A stretch of DNA of 64,000 bases from Phoronis australis (Eukaryota; Animalia; Phoronida): NCBI GenBank assembly GCA_002633005.1, contig NMRA01000012.1, positions 1,542,357 through 1,606,356 on the forward strand, in the 5' to 3' direction. The translations under genes were made by a program, and so were the position numbers. The notes under the pieces are model-generated. The model was not told the origin of the DNA, did no database searches, and was given only the letters and a program-made list of their open reading frames with translations. Positions 29,201-41,700 of this stretch are shown here, one piece after another (within the stretch, counting starts at the first letter, position 1; every line of letters starts with the position of its first letter).

Positions 29201-31894
29201 ACTATTTCTGATCCATTTTTCTGTTTCGTAGAAGAAAGCCTTTAGTGTGCCTTTCAGGCGCCATTGCTGCGCAAACAAAATTTATTTATACAGCCGATCA
29301 CGACAATATTCTATCAACTTTAATCTCGTGAACTAGGAAGTGTAGCGGGGGTTCTTTATCCTTCTTTTGGTACCTTTCCGCACATATCAGTTTTTGTTAA
29401 CATTGAAACCAGAGTTCTCTGATAGCAATTGAGCCGACATGACACAGTATTTGTGTTTGCCAAGTACACCAATCAAAGTGTCTATATTTAGAAACGAACA
29501 GACTCATTTTGTCGTATTTTCGGGTATTCGCTCACACGCAACAATCATTTGTATTTTCAAACAATGTGCGATAACCTTGGCTGTTACGACGTTTCCACTC
29601 ACAGCGTGTAAATATTACCCCTCGATGTAATTAACCCCTTTGCTTCGAAGACTAAAGAAATATCGATACTATCCGTGCTCTTCGGAGCCAAGTGGCACCA
29701 TTGTTTGGGCCAAGCTTCCAATAAAACAATAACACGTGTGGAATGAGGCATTCGGCAACAGATCGATAATTCCTCTTGGGTGGCTATTGTTCCTTTATTG
29801 ACCGATTATTCCTTATTGATATATTTCAGTTCTGGCTGCAAGTTCAAAGCTTCAGAAACATTCCATACTGCTCTGAAGAGAAGCCCTCCCAATACGTGCA
29901 ACGGTGAGTATAAATATTCTAAAATATTGAGTGTACAATTTTTCAATCAGAAATGCTTATTGAAAAAACTGTCGAAAGGCTGTTCCCTATCTCTTAATTA
30001 CAAAAACTAAGTTGTCAGGCACAGATCCAGGGCCGACACCAGAAGCAGTCACCAGGTGGCGAGACCGGCTCGACCGCGAATCCAGGGGTCACCAAGAATT
30101 ACTAATTTAGAACTTGAGGAAATGGACATTTCGTGAGTCATTTAGAGAAGTTTTTGGCAAATAATTATTTCCAATCGAGATTGAAAACTTCATGAGTAAG
30201 GAAAGCGATTGAAAGCATCAAGAACATAAATGATGTCGTGACATGTGGAGATAATTCTTTGTAAGATACTACACGCCAGAGTTCATTTACTTACACTGTC
30301 GTGTATGAACTTATTGATATCCCACTACAGTCATCTCTACATTTAATTAGACGAAAAAAGCATGACATCATGTAACATCGGACATTAAAAGCAATGCCAA
30401 TTTTTGATTAGTGGATTTCATTTTTTCGCTTCCTATACTCATAAATTGTCCATTTGCTGAACTGTTGTTATGCAGACTTCCGAAATGTCGCCGACTCGTG
30501 GACTAGCGGTTCTCACCACCAGCTGATTGCGCTGTGGGTGGCAGTCTAATTAAGAGAGCAAAACCAGGGTGCGCTTTATGTTCTATCGTTATAGCAGCTC
30601 ACTTGTTGAGCGAGGAAAGGGCCCAAACCTCCGAACACCTCGTAGATCCGCTCCAGAGTGGGTGCATATTTAGACACACAAGATTATCATTTAACCGTTA
30701 AACGATGTTTAAACTTAATGACGTACAAATGACCACATTCGGTTGCTAATTAAATTCGCAGTCTTTTTACAGCGGCAATAAACCCACGTTCCGTCCAAAA
30801 ACTAAATTTGACTCAGATCACTTAAAGCTGTAAAGTTGGAATCAAAGTGTTGCTCATTCGGGTGAGAAATGGTTTTTGATCATCCTCAGAACCGACGGTC
30901 GTTAATCCTCGAAACCAAGCTTGGCGAATAAGATGACACAATGTGAAACTTGTTGAGCGTGGTTTCAAACAATATCGAACTGTCAGTTCTTTCACAACCC
31001 AAGTATTTTGACAAAGAACTATCTGAGGCCTATTTCATAGTGTTAAGAGGTGGAAATAAAAAATTGGATTTTGTGACGAAAGGTGGGTTTTCATACTAAG
31101 GTCGACGTGTCGATGTTTTGGGGAGTTGTGGTCAGTGTGAACGATCAACTTTGGTGCTGGATCGAGTTAACAGCGTGGGTTAACTTCGCAGTAAACAGGT
31201 GGATTTAACAGGGCGTCGACGCTGTGGTGCAGTATGAACGGTCAACTTCGGTTCCATCGAAATTATCGCCAGGTGCCACTGATATCGTCAACAATTAAAT
31301 GTTAGTGTCGTCACTAATATTTGCTTATGTTTTGTTCGAATAACCACCCATCGAATTAAAAATAAGTTTTATGTCAATTAGCACATGTAAATGTTCTCAA
31401 ATTGTCACATAAAAAATCTTAGGGTGCAGCGCTACCTTGCGATTACTTCGATGACGACATCGTCACCTACCCTTTACTTTGATGTCCGTTAACTACCGAA
31501 GCCGGTATGAACGGTTTAGTTTTCTTCGCAGGTTACATCGACTCTCCGCTCAGACCGGAGAAAGACCTATAAACGCTTTATAATACTGTAAAAAGGCTGC
31601 GAGCTTGACTACCTACCAAACGAGGTCATTTGTCCGTTATTTAATTGAAACACCGTTTGATGGTTGAATGATAATTGTGTGTATTCAAACGTTGCAAGAG
31701 TCACGATCGCAATCGCAGCTTTTCCCAAGTTCCCACAGCCGTTGCAAAAGGAAACGCGTCAATGAGCGCTAGCTAAGTATAGTAACTTGTTGCAACAACG
31801 TACAGATACTGTACACAAAGCAGCTGGCCATAACTGCAGTTTGGTTGTACTTAGAACAACGTCTGCAGAACAACTGCGCAAAGGGAGTTATCTT

Positions 31895-32115
31895 TCAACA
31901 CTTTGGATCACCTGACTTTATACAGGTCTACGCCCTCCGATTTTCGCATACGACTGTCGTAAATGATTGACCAAAGTGTAGAGACAGGTGTACCCGCGAG
32001 ACTTTTCGACCTAAAAGTCGTAGCACGAAGTCGTACACGTCAGTCGGAGCGTGCAGACAGTCGTCCAAAAGTCGTATGCGAAGTCGCAATCCTACAGAAA
32101 AGTCGAAGTGTGATG
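31895..32115. mobile_element. Decayed MITE-like remnant with repeated AGTCG/CGACT motifs
   Basis: Multiple AAGTCGTA/CGACT motifs in both orientations and an ACACTTTGG / CCAAAGTGT inverted pair. Confidence 0.35.
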
Positions 32116-35100
32116 AACATGAAATTATTTTTTATTAAAAGCTTGAAATCGCAAAGCATCGGTTTGCAAACAGGACTTCCTCCAGGTACTGAATCGCGAT
32201 GAACTAAGGGATGTCAAAAAGTTACTTTTACTTATGACCCAAATTGTACTTTTCTTTGAAACACTTCCCAGCGGGTGAACGACGCAGAATATATGTTCCA
32301 AAATCTGTCTAAATTTCGAGAGAACATGAAGAGGACTCATTGGGCTTCATTAGCAGTGCTTCCAACCAATTGCTAAATTATTTACATGTAGATATTCAAA
32401 CAATTTAACTAACTTATTCAACTTCCTGGATTGCTGTTTTGCTATCGTGGCAAGGATGGTAATTAAAAAGACGTTTCCTTAACTACAACAGAATATCAGG
32501 GTATATTAATTACAAAAATGTTCCCGTATTGTCTCTGAACAGTCTGAGGGTAACAGCACTAGATATTGATTTTTTGGAATGGATTTTACAAACAGCTTGG
32601 ATTAAACAGAAAAGCACAACAGACCATTTTGTTTAATAGCTTAATCCGATGACAGATCATTCCTTATGACAGATGAAGAATTTGGACACACGAACTGCGT
32701 ATGTGTTTAAATTTGGGAGGAAAGAATCGTTACAATGGTTTAACTTTGTAACTGAAAAAATAATGTATTCTTCATGAAGATGTGATTATTGGATAGGTTC
32801 AGGAAAACCAAATCGATGGTTTAGTAATAATATATGTCCATGAGTGACAATCAAAATAATTTCCAGAAGAATACTGGAATGCGTTTCGTAGGCGCAAAGC
32901 ATTCGCGAAAAAGCGAGATCATGCAAGCCTTTCAAGCGATGATCACACTTGCTTCACTTGCTAGTGTTTTGCGTCTACGTAACTCGGCCCCTAATCATGC
33001 GAATCTCGTGTCTATAGCGAACCCCGCCTGTTCTTTTTTCAGTTTCACTCTGCAGGTATACAACATTTTCGGAAACATCGACCTTTGTGGGGCAACCGAA
33101 AGTCTTAATAAGTCAGCAGGACTGCAGAGAATCAAACAATTAATACGATTTGTTTCATTTCAAAATACTTAGATATTGTTTGCTGTAATACTGATATGTT
33201 GCAAGCGGGCATTGTTTTAACCTGTTGCATCTTAGAGAAACGTTTAATGAAGGGCAATTTACGGTGTCCCCAGATGCGTGTTAAAAAGCGTAGTATGTTG
33301 AACTGAGAAAGGCAAACTTTTGCAAACTGTATGAAAATCTAAATTGTGTTCTTCAATTTGGAGACATTTCCCTAAAAAGTCTCAAAATTGTGCTTCCTTT
33401 GACAAACTCTAGGTGGCATTTTTAATAAAGGTCTTAATACAAGTCATAACTAGACGGCACGTCATTACAAACGCTACGCGGAGTTTTCTGAATATAAGCG
33501 GAAACGTTGCAACTGACGTTAAGTTATGAATGTTTTATATTCAGGCATAACGACCCACGTAAATGAACCGTGACCAATTTAATATCGAAGTTATGACCGC
33601 ATAAGACTGTAATTTCAAGCTTTGATAAAACGGACCTCTGATGCACGTAATTTTCATCAATCGAGTATCCCTGAGATTACCAAAATATGAAATATGCAAA
33701 TAAAATTTACAAACTATATGTAATTGTGATTTCGCATTTTTAATGTAAAAAATCAATTTCTTGCAATTGTAGCCGTTAAAGCTGGTTTTACTGCGTGTGG
33801 TAAAAAGAAAAGTATTTGATCTCTTACTGGATATAATGTAAGAATATAACATGCAAGCTTTAAACCTATATCAGAAATGAGACGAGATTTGTGGCGTATT
33901 AATTAATTGCGACCCATTTGAATCCTGTTTTCTATACCCATGAACGTACATGTATGCGCAGATTTGACCGAACATAGCGACAAGAGAATTACCAACGCCG
34001 ACTTTGCCCACAGAAAAATGAAATCATCCGGAATAAATTATCAACAATTAAAGGACTCCAAATGAGAGATTTTGTAGTTTGACCACTACTGTTAAACCAA
34101 AATTGGAATGTTCAGCTACTAGGTCGTTTATTACACAATGATAAAAGAGGTTTTAAACATTTATCCGCCCTCACATTTACAACAGCCATTCCGTTTATTG
34201 CGTTGTTCCAAAATTCTGACCTACGAGAACACGAGTGGCTTATACCCATTTGTTTACAGCATTTGTACGTCAGGCATGAATACGTGCACCTTTCATGTTA
34301 TGAACCATGTCGGCGGGATCATTATTAAGATTAAAATATCATGCATGCGACTGAGGTCGGAAACCCGAGGGTGGTGACGTTTTTCACCTGTACAATCGTA
34401 GATCGGTTCTAAAACAGCTGCGAATATCGATCCGCAGCTTAGAATTACCACCATGTAATGAAACGGTTTCCATGACGCCCAGGGGTGCCATTAGGATTAA
34501 AATTTAATAATGCTCTCCACGGCAATTAAACATGAAAACGGAAAAACAGTTGTCTTCGAAAATCAATAAAATGAGTTCGAAAAAGTTGATAAAGGCGTCA
34601 CAAAACTCACAACGTGGTACTATCGCTGAATATAATCGCCCATGAATCACGAAGGGCAGGTCACAGACGCACCTTTTTTCCTGACAATAAATAACCGGTC
34701 TTGCGACAGAGTGATACCAAATAGTTTTCATAAAAAGATATTTAAATTCTTAGTGTTGGATGACCTGAATAGAGTTATTTTTAGAATCCAAATCGTTGAC
34801 TTGGCACAGCCACGTATAGCCGTGTTTATGGTCCACTGGTTTAGGTTTTGAAACTTGTTTACTATTGCACCTAAAAGGAAATAAACTTACACGTAAAACT
34901 ATTTTGTTTAGCTTACATATCAGAATTATCTGAGTTTTTAAAAGAAGCACCTTTATATTTGTAGCTGCTATTTAAATTGAATTAAAATTTAAATATCCTT
35001 GTTTATCGTTGTGGAATTGAATCATTTTTGGAGCCTTTGGGACCTTAACGTCATCTCTTCAACCAATCTACTTGCAGCCATATGGCTGTACTGTTGCCAA

Positions 35101-35756
35101 TGCACAACACAACATACTTTCCCGCAATAGATGATTCATAAGTTCTTTGCAGATTTTTCAAGTCTGGTGGGTTTCAACTAAACCGTTCAGTGATTTTTAT
35201 TACTTTTGAACACACGGGGGACATTTTGGACGGGTTCCAAATGTTTTTCAGAAACACTCAAGCATTGCTTCTATTTGACGAAAAGTCTCTACATGTTCGT
35301 TGACAAATCTTTTTTTTTTGCTGCAGGTGCTAAAATAGAAATAAAATCATTCGCCCACAAACTTTAAACCAAGACTGTGACCACAATATTATGTACAAAT
35401 GTAGTTTGTCATGTTTTAGAATAATTTGTGGAATGCAGTGATGACCTCTATTGGTCCAAAATTTAAGCACACGTACTTGAATAAAATGATTTATCGCGCC
35501 CCTCGGCTAAGAACTAAGCCAAAAGGAAATTAATTTGTGATAATTATTTAACCACAATGATACTATTCACATACCATGAAATGACTCATTGGTTATGATT
35601 ATTGTGAAATGAGTTTCGCAGTCAGCAGTGAGTGTAAAAGTTATCTTGGTTTTGGAAGTACTTATGAAGATTTCTACTTTGAAACTGACGTGACGTAGAT
35701 CTTCTAAAGTAGGCGTATTTTACTTGTAGGGAGATGAGCATCAGACACTTCTGGCA

Positions 35757-38700
35757 ATGGCGGCAATCGGCGATGTCTCAGTGATCAGTGACGCACACGA
35801 CACCTCACATAAGGAAATCTGTACCAGAGACGCTGAGTTCCTTCGCATTGAGACACAAGTCCACGGCGAGACTGATGTGTTACACGTTGAAGATAGCGGA
35901 CATTCCCTAAGTGACGACGACATTGGTTCGTGGACTTCAAATGGATATAACGACAGTACGCATACAGTGAATGACGATAATGAAGCAGACTATAGCGAAC
36001 AAGAGGAAGTGGATGGTGACAAATGTATACGCCAGCACAACTACACGTGCAATGACTGTGGTTTGACGTCAAGCAATGTTAAACACGGGCAGTCCATTGC
36101 AAGTTCTAATTGCAAAAAATGTTCCTATGCAACGAAGTGCAAACAGAAGCTGTTAACACATGAGACAGCGCATGCGCGATTGGACAACTCTGAGGCACCA
36201 CTTGTTGCTACTAAAACGGTTGGCGATAGCAGCCCGCCACGGTTAATTGTCAATGAGCAAAACTGCGTTGACCAAGAGAAAGCGATCACAAAAGTAGAAG
36301 AAGGCATGGCGGACTCTAACATCAATGAACAGTCCGTTGAAAACACGAATGTAGATAAGCACAAACATAACAAGGCAGCAGCAAACTGGTCGACAGAGCA
36401 AGATTGTCAAAACACCGAAGACGAATTAGATAAGAGCGCAGAAACTAAAACAACAGAGGAAACAGAATGGGCGGTGAACAATCGGATGGATGATGAAGAC
36501 TTCAGAAAAACAATTAGCGTTCCGACGCATGCCATACCACCCCTAGATGAAAGTGATAGTGAGGAAGAAGGGGCGTTGTTTATTGCAGAAGATGAGGCAG
36601 AGAAGGGTACTGCAACACCTGGAAGTAAATCATCTGAAATTAGTTCGCTTGTACCAGCAAGTAGGTCTCCCCAGATGTCTCTGGCAGAGCACGGCGAACT
36701 GCCTCCAAAAAAGAAACGACCACCACGACAGGAAATTGACCCAAATAAATACAAAGAAATACTGGACGAAGAAGGAAAGATTAAGTATTCTTGCACGGCA
36801 TGCGGTAGCGCCTACACGTGGAAAAAATCGCTTAGCAAGCACTGGAAAGAGAAGCATGATGATTCAAAAATTGTCAGATCTTCTGGTTCTCCGTTGGTGG
36901 GTAACTTGGCGAAGACATCAGCACTCGCTCCCCAGTTATCTGCGCGTTTAAACTGCGACCGGATAGTAGACAAGATGACGTCACCCGTTGGTTACACCCC
37001 AATAAACATACCTAAGTATATGCACTCTAGACCAGTCTTCAATTCTTTGTCCTATTTTCCCATCTCAGGCGTTGGCACAGAGGAGGACTACAAAGAACCT
37101 AGTCGAGACAACGGTGACGTCTATGGGAATCCTTTCACAGAAGTAATGCATCAGAAGTCAAAGTCAGACCTTGGTAGAATTCAGCCAATGGATCAACCAA
37201 TTGACCTCAGCATCAAAAAAGAACCACCAGAGCACGAAGATATCAATTCAGCACAAAGGCAACTAGATATTCCTCTTGATTTTTCAATGGTCAAAGACAC
37301 TAGAGATAGTCCACGGTTTGATGCAGGTGGCTTCATAGAGAGCTCAGCGTCACTTCAGTGTTCAAAATGTGGCCAGGTTGCAACCGATTTGGAGGAGTTC
37401 AACAAACACATGGAGCTTCATCTAACCAAGCGAGGACACAACTGCGCTGAATGCAGAACCAAGTTTAGAACCAGCGACGATCTGAATCGCCACTTCAGCG
37501 ACGTTCACCGCGACAAGATACTCGACACGGCTCAGATTGCGCACCAGATGGATAGGGGTACCCAGCAGTCCAAGTCTGAACTTAGACAAAATGTCGGCGG
37601 TCTCAACTGCACCGAGTGCGACTTTATTGCCAAATGGCCTACAGAGCTACAGAAACACGCCATGGTCCACTCGTCTGAGCGCCCCTTTGTGTGCATGGTC
37701 TGCAATGCCGACTACAAATGGAAATGGGACTTGGTGAAGCATTTCGACAAAAGTCATCACTCACTTCCAAATCCGTATCGCAAACGGGACCTAAGTCCTC
37801 ACTTCAAGACCGTTGAGTTAGGGGAATCTCTGGAGCCTGCTCGTAAGCGGAAGTCGAGCGAAGTGAAGCACGCTATTACAGACGAGAACCCTCCGTTTAT
37901 GTGTTCTGTATGTGGATTTCATTGCAAATTTCAGTTTCAGATGGTGCTTCATATGAGAGAAGTGCACGAGATTATTGTGGAAGAGAGCGACACGCGTGGC
38001 AGCAATGGTGACAAAATGACGTATGTCCAAAGACACCAGTCTGAGTTGAAAATCAACATTCCACAACAAAAGATGTACGACAGCGATGAAGAGCTTGAAC
38101 TATCGGAAATGGAAGTTCCGTTATCCTCCCCAGGAACCCATGCCAGTGCCAGAGTTAGAGAGTCTTTAAAGCAGCACTTGACCCACATAAAACAGCAGCC
38201 AAAACAGCCAATTGCTACGTCGATTGAGAAGTTGTCAAGTGCCGATATTTTGTTGCCTTACAAGTGCTCACTTTGCGAATATCGTGCCCGATGGCCTTCA
38301 GAGATAACGCAGCACATGAAGAATCACTCGGACGAGAAGCCATACTTATGTCCGCGGTGTTCGTACAGATCCAAATGGAAGTGGGATGTAGTGAAGCATC
38401 TTAAACGATGCGGAGGGGGAACGATTAAGGATGTCATCGACACCACGAAGCATAAAACACCGAAATATCAGAGGTCAACACTCCCAAAATTCATTCCACC
38501 AGGAGAAAAGTTCATTACAGTTCCGCCACCCCATCTCGCCTCATCTCCGTCACCACCTCCGGCCCACAGTAGCCATGTTAAGGGCAGACCGGTATCAGAG
38601 CCACAGGATGACCCAGCAACAAACATCTCAAATGCAGACATACCGGCAGCTCATACAGTGCTGCCTTCAACAACACTATCTCATTCTCCACTGACTCCCA

Positions 38701-41700
38701 CGGCGCGCTCAGCAACACCAGAGAAGACTAGACCTTCGTTTCCCATGAGCCTTGGTTTAATGCCCGTCAGCAAGAATTCACCATCACCGGTGCTAACATC
38801 AACCAACAAATCGGATAATAACATCAAAGTGAATTCACTTCTTACCTCTGGTGGAAGCTTAATTAAACACCACACGGAAGAAAAAGCAGACGCCATGTAC
38901 GGTCAACCAGCAGTTGCTACAAGCGCTCTTTTAGCACAACTTGAAACAGGTTTTCCCAGAGTCAAATCCAAACCAGTTCATGGGCTTATAAATGAAGGTC
39001 TCCATCACTGCCTGAACTGTGCCTTTGTAGCGAGTAGTCCAGCAGAACTGAGACGACATATCATTCTTCACTCCGAGGAAAAGCCATTTCGCTGTGAATC
39101 TTGCGAGTATCAAACAAAATGGAAATGCGATCTGAAGAAGCACGTGCAAGCTTATGGACACCGAACCTCAACCAAGTTTGTTGCTCGCTCAAAAGCAGGT
39201 CGTATGAATGAATCGCTGAATTTATCTTCAGAAACCACGGTCAATAATTCATATCAAGAGGACTATGTTCAAACAAATGAGCGCGACCAAAAGGACCCCC
39301 TGCTTCAATGCGAGTCTTGTGATTATACCACCCACAAGCGCCATCTGCTGGAAAGTCACCAGAAAATTCACGAAAAGCCGGGACAGGTGCAGGGCAATAA
39401 CAAGTACAAATGTAAACAGTGCCAATTCAATGCCAACGACTTGCCATCATTCCTTCAACACAAAGTGGAACACTCCAACCAACAGGCTCAGCGAGCAGCA
39501 GCAGGCTCACCAGCCTCGGTTGCAGACGATGACGTGAAAGCCAGGGAAAACTGCCATTCCCCGAAACAAGGAAGACATTCTCGCAAGCCAACTAAAAAGA
39601 TTTACTGCTCACTGTGTCCCTTTGCTTGCGTAGACCCAGTGAGAATGGAGTACCACAACAGAATGCATGTCGAAAGGTCAACGTTTACGTGCAATTTCTG
39701 TTCATTCAGCGTTGAAGACAAGAATGAAGTCGAACACCATATGCACATTCATCCCGAGTATACGCGGACATACATTCCATCTGTCAATCTAGAATCGTCA
39801 ACAAGTGACCCTTTCCCAACCGCTGAAGGCTACGAGATAACACGCAAGGGTAATCGTAAACTTTACCAGTGCAAGAAATGTCCGTACAGCAATGAAAGTC
39901 ACGGAAACATCACTCGGCATGTTGAGAAACATGGCCAGAATTCCAAGTACAAATGTCCGAAGTGTGATTACAGCTTGGATCGCTTGAATCTCCTTCTTCA
40001 GCACACTCGAGGTGTTCACGGAATACACGACGCGGATAAAGTGTGGCTCAACTACAGCAACTTCATGCAGTCTGTTTCTCAGCTGAAGCAGATGAGACAT
40101 CATAGTCCCCGAGGTGCGTCAGAAGAGAAATCTCCACAGCTAGAAGTGCAGAAGGAATATCAGATTAGTGACAATCCCAGAAACTTGGCTGTTCGCGGCG
40201 GTGCCATGCAAGTTGTGTTCCGTGGAGTGAAGCATAAAATGTATAAATGTCCGAAGTGTCCGTATAAGTCAAAGAAGGAAGTAAACTGTCATAATCACAT
40301 TCGAATGCACGGCACGCACGGAAGTTTTATGTGCAGCCACTGCGACTACGGCGCCAACAAGATGGAGATAGTCAAGCGTCACATGGAAAATGTCCACAAT
40401 GACGTAGACGCACTTGTCTTGATTAACAAACCGCAAGAGACGACCCAAACCATCGCAGGGCATGTGACTCCAAATGAAGGAAGATGCGTTGATCATGAAA
40501 CAGCTGAATTCTTTCCTAGGCCTCAGGTAATGGAGATGGAGGCCGATGAAAAACTTCCAGCTGAGGAGGGAGAAAGTGACTATGCTACGTATAGAGAGAA
40601 TGTAGTCACGCCGACAAATCAGGAAGCCCGCCCTTTCTTTCCAAAGCCCAGACACAAATCTCCGATGTATGGTTCTCCAAAGCTGCGTCGCTGTAACATT
40701 TGCCCATATGCTGTTAAAGGCAGACTTCCTTTTGAGAGACACATGGAATGTCACAATAAAGACGGTCGCTACACATGTAAACACTGCAATTACAGCCTTG
40801 ACAGACTTAACCTGCTGTATCAGCACATGCAGCTCCATGGAGACATGTCTAAAGACATACCAAGCAAGAATAAGTCCTCCATGAAAATTTTCAATCGAAG
40901 AAAAATGCTTACAGGCGATGTGAAGTCAGATGATTTCACATTCATTCCAACGGGATTTGTCTCAGGCGCTGCAGAAAAAGAGCTATCATATCAGCAAAAG
41001 CGGCTTAACGAACAAATCGTTGACGAAATTAAACGCGAATCTGATCAAGCAGACAGCTCGTTGTTCAAACACACAAAGAATAGTAACAGTGTATTTCCGG
41101 AAAGAGAGATGACAAGTCCTGTCAACAGATCAAATAAGTCCAGTGTGGCAACTGAATCGGACAAATGTGAATTTGTGTGTCACAGCGGAGAAACTAACCA
41201 AGACGAAGGGGACGGCTTTGCTTTAAAACACAATAGCAATGGAACAGCTGTTGATGAATCGTCTTACGATTTGCAGTCTTGCCCAGAGTGTCCTTTCATT
41301 GCTGAGACGGACGAAGAATGCGAAAAGCATTACAAATGCCACGCGAACAGGTACAAGTATCAGTGTGACTATTGTTCGTTTAGTCACGACAGAGTCGACC
41401 TCCTCTATCAGCATCGGAAGTTGCACTCGGACACGGCAGATTTCGATACCAATCCAGACCCGTCAAAGCTCGAAGCTACCCAAGAAGATTTGGAATTGCC
41501 CCTACAGCACAATGAAAGCTTGACCGGAAAAGATGTTGACGAAAGTGGAGAGAGTGTTCCTCCTGCAAAGAAACGACGACTGGGGGAAACAGTTAATAAC
41601 GAAGAAAATGACAGTACCAGAGAAGAGACGGGTGAAGGAATGGAACAGCAGTTAGAACATCGTGTGTGTAGCATAAACGACGCCGACAAACATAGTGTGG

